A DNA stretch of 64,000 bases. Source: an uncultured Pseudobdellovibrionaceae bacterium. GTDB taxonomy: Bacteria; Bdellovibrionota; FAC87; UBA2466. A model generated the notes under the pieces. The model did not search any database. It saw only the letters and a program-made list of their open reading frames with translations, and was not told the DNA's origin. Positions 58,066-64,000 of the stretch are shown piece after piece. Within the stretch, counting starts at the first letter, position 1, and every line of letters begins with the position of its first letter. Location of the stretch: assembly GCA_964396165.1 (NCBI GenBank), contig CAYNEF010000013.1:13478-77477 (forward strand), in the 5' to 3' direction. The position numbers and the translations under genes are program-made.

Positions 58066-59157
58066 TCAACCGCGCGGTTTTAATTGAGATTCTACTTTTT
58101 GTTTCAACTTTTCGTACGGTTGATTGCCTTGAATCAATGTGCCGTTGACGATTAGAGAGGGAAGGGCAAGTATTCCCATTTTGACTGCCTGTTGTTTGCT
58201 TTTTTCAATTTGCTCCGAATATTGCTTTGAATCCAAACAGGAATTGAATTTTTGTGTGTCGATGCCGATTGTTTTTGCATAGTCTTTTAAATTTTTGTCT
58301 TCCAGTTTGTGCGGGTTTTGAAAAAGCAATTCCCGCATTTCCCAAAACTTGCCTTGATCATTTGCACAGCGAGCGGCAATGGCAGAGGGGTATGCGCGAG
58401 GGTTAGAAGGAGTCGGATTTTCTGCAAAGACAATCTTAACTTTGTCAGGACCAAATTCTTTTTTCAAACGCTCCATGTTTTCAGTGTTTCGCGCGCAATT
58501 GGCGCAAGGAAAATCAGAGTATTCGACCACTGTCACAGGAGCATTGTTGTTTCCCCACTTGGCATAACCATCGAGAGTCAGGGTAACAATATTTTCTGAA
58601 GGTTCGGGGATGAGTAATTTGATATTTGCTTCGGAAGCCAGTTTTTCTAAATAAGCTTCTCTTTTTTCTGCTGTAGCACGGTATTTTAAAAAGTTTTTAA
58701 TATCTTCTCTTTTGATTTTACGATCTTTCGGGTTCAGTCCCTTGGAAAGCATGTAGTTTGTGACATCGTCATTAGTAGGTTCGCTAACTTCTCCGCCTAG
58801 ATTTTTTGCGATTAAAGAAGGGATACTCATCTTCGATTTTTTTGCTTCTTCTTCGAGAAGCTTGCTTTGAATATGATCCAAAATGGCTTTGCGTTTCATT
58901 TCATATAAGGAAGATTCAATTTCGTAGACGCGGTTTTTTATAGAAAAGTAGGCGTCTTGCGCTGTGATACCGGTGCCATTGTACACAGCAACTACATCTT
59001 CTTGTTTAGTGATTTGAGTAGCTCGATTTTTATTTGCAAAGAAAAAACCCATGCCGAACCCGACTGCAATCCCACCCAAAGTTAGTAAGACAAACAGGGA
59101 AGAGTTGCCTTTGGAATTACACAAAATATTTTTTTGATTTGATTGGATTATTTTCAT
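58066..59157 (-). CDS. Membrane-anchored DsbA-like thioredoxin-domain protein with a long N-terminal extension
   Basis: Transmembrane helix. Region of about 150 aa. Thioredoxin domain with CANC active site. Confidence 0.65.
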   Translation of the reverse strand: MKIIQSNQKNILCNSKGNSSLFVLLTLGGIAVGFGMGFFFANKNRATQITKQEDVVAVYNGTGITAQDAYFSIKNRVYEIESSLYEMKRKAILDHIQSKLLEEEAKKSKMSIPSLIAKNLGGEVSEPTNDDVTNYMLSKGLNPKDRKIKREDIKNFLKYRATAEKREAYLEKLASEANIKLLIPEPSENIVTLTLDGYAKWGNNNAPVTVVEYSDFPCANCARNTENMERLKKEFGPDKVKIVFAENPTPSNPRAYPSAIAARCANDQGKFWEMRELLFQNPHKLEDKNLKDYAKTIGIDTQKFNSCLDSKQYSEQIEKSKQQAVKMGILALPSLIVNGTLIQGNQPYEKLKQKVESQLKPRG

Positions 59158-59190
59158 GAAGAGTATTCTATCAGAAGTAAGGTAGGCATC

Positions 59191-59227
59191 AAAAAAAAAG
59201 AGGCCAGCCCCGAAGGACTGGCCTCTC
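59191..59227 (-). terminator. Rho-independent terminator of the 59240..60304 gene
   Basis: Hairpin gaggccag-cccgaag-gactggcctc. On the minus strand it is followed by a T9 run, which is the A9 at 59191-59199 on the plus strand. Confidence 0.7.
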
Positions 59228-59239
59228 TGCGTTAATCTT

Positions 59240-60304
59240 TTATTTTTTTGCTACGCGATCAATTTTCTCTTTGAATTTTTCAAAGGGTTGAGCGCCTTGT
59301 AAAAGAGCTCCGTTGATCACGAAAGAAGGTGTGGCTTGAATGCCCAGGCTTTCAGCTTCTTTGCGACTCTTATTGACGAGTTCTTCCGGTTTTTTCTTAT
59401 CGAAGCACTCGTTAAACTTTGTCGCATCCAGTGCAAGTTTTGCTGCATAAGATTTTAGGTCTGCATCTTCCAGTTTTGCCTGGTTTTCAAACAACATGTC
59501 ATGCATTTCCCAGAATTTTCCTTGTTCGTCTGCACAATGTGCGGCGAGAGAGGCAGGGAATGCTCTTGGATGATTTGGCAATGGCATGTCTCTGAAAACG
59601 ACGCGTACTTTGTCTGGGCCGTATTCTTTTTTGATTTTCTGAATGGTCGGTACTGCTCTTGCGCAGAAAGGACATTGAAAATCAGAGATTTCTACAATGG
59701 TAACAGGAGCGGATTTATTACCCCAAGTTGGGTAACCTTCTGTCGCAATCACCATGCTGGGGGACTGTGGCTCAGGAATCATCAATTTTAATTTTGCAGA
59801 TTCTCTAAGTTTGGCCACATATGCCTGGCGTTTTTCAAACTTTTGTCTGTATTTCAGGTATTCCCGTACGTCGTCTTTTTTTACTCGTGGATCTTTTAGA
59901 GAAAGACCTTTTGAGGAAAGAAATTCGTCGATTTCCTTATCGGTAACATCAGCAACTGCTCCGCCCTGGGATTCTTTATCTAGGAGTTGTTCCATGGAGA
60001 GGTTTTGTTTTTTTGCTTCGTTTTCGATAATTTTTTGATCAACGTATTCGTTTATCGCCTGTTCTTTTGTGCGGTAAACTTCTTCTTCGAGATCAAAAAG
60101 TCTTGTTTTGATTGCAGCAAAAGCTTCAGAAGCTTTTACGGATTTGCCGGCGAGTTCCGCAACAACGGGATCGCCACCGGACATTCCAACGCCGCCTTTT
60201 ATGGCCATGGTTCCGATGATTCCCACTGCAAGTCCCACGACTACGCAAATTGCGTAGGCCATCGTGTTATTTGGTCCACCCTGTGAGTTATTTGCCTCTG
60301 TCAT
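59240..60304 (-). CDS. Membrane-anchored DsbA-like thioredoxin-domain protein (paralog of 58066..59157)
   Basis: Transmembrane helix. CPFC active site. Same architecture as the neighbouring paralog. Confidence 0.65.
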   Translation of the reverse strand: MTEANNSQGGPNNTMAYAICVVVGLAVGIIGTMAIKGGVGMSGGDPVVAELAGKSVKASEAFAAIKTRLFDLEEEVYRTKEQAINEYVDQKIIENEAKKQNLSMEQLLDKESQGGAVADVTDKEIDEFLSSKGLSLKDPRVKKDDVREYLKYRQKFEKRQAYVAKLRESAKLKLMIPEPQSPSMVIATEGYPTWGNKSAPVTIVEISDFQCPFCARAVPTIQKIKKEYGPDKVRVVFRDMPLPNHPRAFPASLAAHCADEQGKFWEMHDMLFENQAKLEDADLKSYAAKLALDATKFNECFDKKKPEELVNKSRKEAESLGIQATPSFVINGALLQGAQPFEKFKEKIDRVAKK

Positions 60305-60357
60305 GCTCGTTATCTCCTAGATGATTAATAAAATGATAGGGATAAGAGTAACGGCTT

Positions 60358-60993
60358 TTAGGTAAGTTTGAAACTTTTTTTAATAGATTCCAGTAATTGA
60401 CTTGCAGCGTCTACCCAAGTGAGTTTAATGCCTTCTTCCCATAATGAAGTCAGTTGTGCGTTTTCTTGTCCGCAAGGATTGATGCCACGAAAAGGTTCTG
60501 TCTGTGAAGACAAGGAAAGTGCAATGCCATGGGTGGTAATGCCTCTTTCCATTCGCACGCCGAACGAGCAAATTTTTTTGTTTTCAACATACACTCCGTA
60601 CGGTGTTTCTTTTACGCTTGTTGTCAGGTTGTGAAGAGAAAGAAAGTTTTGCACGGCTTCCGTCAGCAGATCGACATAGCCTTTTGTATCTCTCGAGGAA
60701 AAACCAATCTTCTCCATCGCAAAAAGGGGGAATACGACGATTTGTCCGGGACCGTGGTAAGTCCATTTACCCCCGCGGGTAACGGGCAGTACAGTGATTG
60801 CTTTTTCTTTTAACTGGTCTTCATTCCAAAGAAGATCGCGCGACTCTGCAGAGATGCCGCGGGTAAAGGTGGGCTTTGGTTCAAAGGCGATGAGGAAAGA
60901 CGCCTCTTTATCCTCGGTTACTTTAAGTAAACATTCTTGTTGGATATTTAGAATGTTTTCAAAAGGAATATCTCTGTACGTTAAAACTTGCAC
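60358..60993 (-). CDS. lipB: Lipoyl(octanoyl) transferase
   Basis: VTRGGKWTYHGPGQIVVFPL. Confidence 0.85.
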   Translation of the reverse strand: MQVLTYRDIPFENILNIQQECLLKVTEDKEASFLIAFEPKPTFTRGISAESRDLLWNEDQLKEKAITVLPVTRGGKWTYHGPGQIVVFPLFAMEKIGFSSRDTKGYVDLLTEAVQNFLSLHNLTTSVKETPYGVYVENKKICSFGVRMERGITTHGIALSLSSQTEPFRGINPCGQENAQLTSLWEEGIKLTWVDAASQLLESIKKSFKLT

Positions 60994-61033
60994 TTGGGTG
61001 CACTCATACTGCTCTCAGAATAGATTGGCAAGA

Positions 61034-61621
61034 CTAGCGCTGGTAGACGGCTTTAAAGTCCTGTCGGACGTGGCTGCGAAAGTAATTGAAGTAATGAATA
61101 AAAGTGGCAATTTGCAAGAGCGCAAGGCTGCCATGTCCTATCCAACGAAACCAAACGGTAAAGTTAGAATAGGGAATAGAAAGTAGTTGAATTGTCACAA
61201 GAGAGGCAATCCATACGTATTGTAAAAAAGTGTTCACTTTGCCGATTTTTAAAGTCGTGAAACTCACGCGGGTGTGCGTGCTAGGAAGACTCAGTGCCAG
61301 ATACCCGATGATTTGAAGCAAGTTGACGGAGAAGACAAGACCTGTAAACCACGGAGGGCTGATTCCCAGAGACATGAGGCTTGTAAAAAAGGAAACAAGA
61401 ATAATTTTGTCTGCTACGGGATCAAGAAGACCACCCAGTTTAGTCGTGCAATTATATTTTCTAGCAATATAGCCATCCAGATAATCAGACGCAGCTCCTA
61501 CGAAAAACAGAATGGCAGACGGTAAAAATTTATTTTGAAAAAGCAGAAACAAGGCGAGAGGGCAGAGAAAAATTCTGGAAATTGTTAAAACATTGGGCAG
61601 AAATTTGATGTATTTCTTCAT
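61034..61621 (-). CDS. pgsA: CDP-alcohol phosphatidyltransferase (phosphatidylglycerophosphate synthase-like)
   Basis: DYLDGYIARK...GGLLDPVADK. Confidence 0.8.
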   Translation of the reverse strand: MKKYIKFLPNVLTISRIFLCPLALFLLFQNKFLPSAILFFVGAASDYLDGYIARKYNCTTKLGGLLDPVADKIILVSFFTSLMSLGISPPWFTGLVFSVNLLQIIGYLALSLPSTHTRVSFTTLKIGKVNTFLQYVWIASLVTIQLLSIPYSNFTVWFRWIGHGSLALLQIATFIHYFNYFRSHVRQDFKAVYQR

Positions 61622-61623
61622 GC

Positions 61624-62622
61624 TTATTGAGTGGGGGGAGTATAAACTTCCACTCTGTCTCTTTCTAAAAAGCCTGCGCCCGAATGCATGACGGCTACCG
61701 AGCCATCGTTTCCGAAAAACTCGACTACTTTTAATATTCCTTTGAATCTTCCCGGTGCTACGCCCAGAGAAGAACCGCTTTCTTCGTCAAAAATTTCGCG
61801 GCCCGATCCGAACACTTTTAAAAGCTGTCCTTTTTGGATGCCGCTGTTTTCCCCTGCATTGATGTAGTAACGGTGTAGATCAATTTTTGCGATTCTTCCT
61901 ACCCACGCAATTTTTCTGGCGTGAGCCGCGAATGCCGGAAATATTTTATCGAGCGCTTTTTCAACGGCGCCTTTTCCTCTGTCAGCTTCGTAGTCTTCTT
62001 CAGTCTTGGAACTTAAAAAACGCGTGTGTTCTTCGGTGACTTCTGCTTGAGCAGCTTTGGAAAAGAGGAGTTTTTCATTTCCGCAATCATGCAGCATGAA
62101 TTTTACTGTCGCAGTGACTGTTTGATACTTCGTTCTAAATAATCCGACTTCGTCGCCACGCTCTTTGATTTCTACAGATTCGATTACGCCTGTGATCACT
62201 GCAGATGCACCTTGTGCGCGTGCCATTTCAAATAATCTTTTGTAATCCATTTTTCCGCCGGCGGAGTAGAACGGTTCGTGATCTTCCAGTTCGTCTTCCC
62301 CTTGAAACGTATATTCTGCAAAAGAATTTACTTTATCTTTCACGGCTAATGCCGCTTGCTCGCCCAATTCTTTTCCTCCAAGTCCGGAGTGGTTGTAAAA
62401 CTTCACTACCAGGATTTTTTTCTTGGGACGGCTATTTACTTCACCGGCTGTGGGTGTCGGTGTGGGAGTTGCCATCGGATCGGCCTGATGAACAATTTCG
62501 GGCGCATTATAGACAACAGTTTTTGCAGGCTCTGGGGGCGTATCCATGATTCCCACAAGACGCAAAACGGCGCAGCCCTGGGAGAGGATTAAAAGTGGGA
62601 CTAGCAATATAAGGGTTTTCAC
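61624..62622 (-). CDS. Hypothetical lipoprotein
   Basis: Lipobox ILSQGC. Pro/Thr linker. No catalytic motif recognised. Confidence 0.4.
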   Translation of the reverse strand: MKTLILLVPLLILSQGCAVLRLVGIMDTPPEPAKTVVYNAPEIVHQADPMATPTPTPTAGEVNSRPKKKILVVKFYNHSGLGGKELGEQAALAVKDKVNSFAEYTFQGEDELEDHEPFYSAGGKMDYKRLFEMARAQGASAVITGVIESVEIKERGDEVGLFRTKYQTVTATVKFMLHDCGNEKLLFSKAAQAEVTEEHTRFLSSKTEEDYEADRGKGAVEKALDKIFPAFAAHARKIAWVGRIAKIDLHRYYINAGENSGIQKGQLLKVFGSGREIFDEESGSSLGVAPGRFKGILKVVEFFGNDGSVAVMHSGAGFLERDRVEVYTPPTQ

Positions 62623-63746
62623 TAATGTAAGTATCGCATAACGATCGTATTAGAATCAACGCGAACTGCTTGAAGTTTGAAACCAGTCCACGCAGTGCCC
62701 TGGATGCGCTGTGCTAATTCTTCTGCAGAAAGATTACTCATCACGTTAAATTCGGCTACTGCGGCTTCCATCAGCTTTAACGAGGGCTGACTTAAGAAAT
62801 CCTGCCTTTGTAAGTCTTTTTCGACAGCTTTGTAACTTCGATAGGCGTCAATTCCTTCAATGCGCAGCGTAAGGTCTTTACTGAAAAGCTTACCGTCGGA
62901 AATAAGTTCTTCAAGTCCTTCGTGTAATACGGCAATGAAAGGAGCAATATGCGTTTTGGATTTTTCGCCTGTGAGAGCTGAAGCGCTCACCGCGAGATCT
63001 TCGCTTTTAATCAAAGCGAGTCTTCCGGGAGCAAGACTGTAAACATACATATCCATGCGCGCAGTTGTGCAACCATTGCATTGAGAGAGATGTACCCAGA
63101 CGACTGTATTGTAATTAGAGTTAGTGAATTCAGTCGATAAATTGGAAATGTCGTTTTCATTTGTCGGCGCTACGGCAAAACCCAAACGGGAATTTAAGGC
63201 CGTGAGTTTTGTATTGAGTTTTTGGAAGTGAGAACTCAGTTCTTTGTAAACTAACTGCGCTGTAGGCCAATCTTTAGTGCGATCTAAAGTATCGCGGGGT
63301 GAACTTTGCAGGGATTGGGCATTACTGGAAAAAACAAAGACAGGGCGGATGGCGTCTCCTCCTTTTTCTTTCGTTTCAGAAATGCGAGACCACTTTCTCA
63401 GCGCATCGCTATCCAAGTGGCCAGAAATTTCAAGAGTGTTGGCTTGACCAGGTACTTTTGCGACTTTGTAGTCAGTGACGTATTTATCCCCAAAATCTTC
63501 AGTAATCGATTTTTGGTAACTGGCAAAGCGAGAACCCAAGTAATTTTCTAACCATTGAACAACCGCTTTTTGTTTTAGCTTGTTGATAAGATTGTTTTGA
63601 ACTTCTGGATTGTCGAGAAGAAGAGCTTCTGTTTTACCAGGTTCTTGTTCTGGAGAGCCGGTAATAGAAAACGGTGCTCCTTCGGCAGCGAGAAGCGAAA
63701 AACTAAGAAGCGAAATTAAAATACCGGCTTTTATTGTATTCATCAT
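62622..63746 (-). CDS. Hypothetical secreted protein
   Basis: Signal peptide MMNTIKAGILISLLSFSLLAAEG. Its stop overlaps the start of the next gene. Confidence 0.4.
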   Translation of the reverse strand: MMNTIKAGILISLLSFSLLAAEGAPFSITGSPEQEPGKTEALLLDNPEVQNNLINKLKQKAVVQWLENYLGSRFASYQKSITEDFGDKYVTDYKVAKVPGQANTLEISGHLDSDALRKWSRISETKEKGGDAIRPVFVFSSNAQSLQSSPRDTLDRTKDWPTAQLVYKELSSHFQKLNTKLTALNSRLGFAVAPTNENDISNLSTEFTNSNYNTVVWVHLSQCNGCTTARMDMYVYSLAPGRLALIKSEDLAVSASALTGEKSKTHIAPFIAVLHEGLEELISDGKLFSKDLTLRIEGIDAYRSYKAVEKDLQRQDFLSQPSLKLMEAAVAEFNVMSNLSAEELAQRIQGTAWTGFKLQAVRVDSNTIVMRYLH

Positions 63747-64000
63747 AAAGTTTTGATGTCGATGACGAAGCGGTACTTTACCTGTCCTTTGATAGTCCGT
63801 TCGTATGCCTGATTGATTTCATCTGCCTGAATCAGTTCGATATCCGAAAATACTTTTTTGCGAGCGCAGAAATCAAGCATCTCTTGCGTTTCTTTGATCC
63901 CGCCGATTAAAGAACCTGCCAGTTTTTTTCTTCCGAAAATAAGAGCAAACGCAGCCACCTGATTCGGTTCTGGTGCAGCTCCTACAAGAACATGTGTTCC
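63743..64000 (-). CDS. Zinc-type alcohol dehydrogenase (MDR family), C-terminal fragment; the gene continues beyond the window
   Basis: The frame is open to nt 64000 (…GTHVLVGAAPEPNQVAAFALIFGRKKLAGSLIGGIKETQEMLDFC...YRFVIDIKTL). Resembles the C-terminus of cinnamyl/aryl alcohol dehydrogenases. Confidence 0.6.
   Translation of the reverse strand, partial: GTHVLVGAAPEPNQVAAFALIFGRKKLAGSLIGGIKETQEMLDFCARKKVFSDIELIQADEINQAYERTIKGQVKYRFVIDIKTL

Noticed and set aside
58067-58078. Palindrome aaccgcgcggtt between convergent pyrG and the DsbA-like gene
   Set aside because: The stem is only 6 bp with no loop and it lies inside the last codons of the minus-strand gene. It is too weak to call a terminator.
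1-64000. Mobile elements, prophage, integrons and toxin-antitoxin or defence systems
   Set aside because: No transposase, integrase, recombinase, phage structural gene, restriction-modification gene, or small paired toxin/antitoxin ORF was recognisable. The only MITE-like candidate is reported separately at 21585..21778.

Overview
This 64-kb chromosomal window comes from a Gram-negative bacterium. GC content is moderate, roughly 40-45% by eye. The proteins are lysine-rich and the lipoboxes non-canonical. The formylglycine-generating-enzyme (FGE)-sulfatase-type domain, multiple DsbA paralogs and ECF sigma/anti-sigma pairs fit a spirochaete such as Leptospira, or a Bdellovibrionota-like organism. 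I cannot decide between these without a database search. Gene density is high, with about 58 CDS and one tRNA-Leu, and many genes overlap translationally. No transposase, integrase, CRISPR array or rRNA is visible. The window is described below in order.

(1) 1115-6091: a five-gene minus-strand operon encoding an ECF sigma factor, a zf-HC2 anti-sigma factor, a secreted protein, a multi-PAS sensor kinase and a CheY-like regulator.

(2) 5982-10723: housekeeping genes, namely a HAD phosphatase, rlmN, an ABC-F ATPase and an NHL-repeat protein.

(3) 10863-18303: two tandem paralogous giant lipoproteins of 1097 and 1350 aa. Each is built from IPT/TIG domains plus Kelch-like beta-propeller repeats.

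(4) 18366-21558: a hybrid sensor kinase with an HPt domain, followed by a single-domain response regulator.

(5) 21795-25197: a di-heme c-type cytochrome, a B12-binding radical-SAM enzyme and a formylglycine-generating-enzyme (FGE/SUMF1)-like protein.

(6) 25287-38677: a glycan/polysaccharide locus. It contains glycosyltransferases of families GT4 and GT2 (two copies), methyltransferases, and a heptose-nucleotide branch made of transaldolase, GmhA and HddC-like genes. It also contains an epimerase, an oxidoreductase, an SGNH hydrolase, a CPBP protease, DUF218 and a DsbA.

(7) 38683-49920: an island holding Prc, HppD, an exosortase/archaeosortase-family membrane protein, a 1404-aa secreted protein, a K/E-rich lipoprotein, two tandem DsbA genes and a small Cys-rich C-terminally anchored protein. 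The 1404-aa protein carries thrombospondin type-3 repeats and about 40 copies of a CxxCGG cysteine-knot-like repeat, and its last 375 nt are near-identical 75-nt DNA units.

(8) 49976-55534: a non-flagellar MotA/MotB pair in an operon with a 562-aa bitopic protein, a TPR protein and putative outer-membrane barrels.

(9) 55618-64000: kdsB, pyrG, two membrane-anchored DsbA-like paralogs, lipB, pgsA, lipoproteins and a partial alcohol dehydrogenase.

The most novel-looking candidate is the exosortase-like protein, Cys-repeat adhesin and DsbA island, together with the adjacent MotAB envelope machine. Two unusual non-coding elements were also found. One is a 194-nt element with 34-bp terminal inverted repeats at 21585-21778. 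The other is an 85-nt near-perfect hairpin at 6698-6782.
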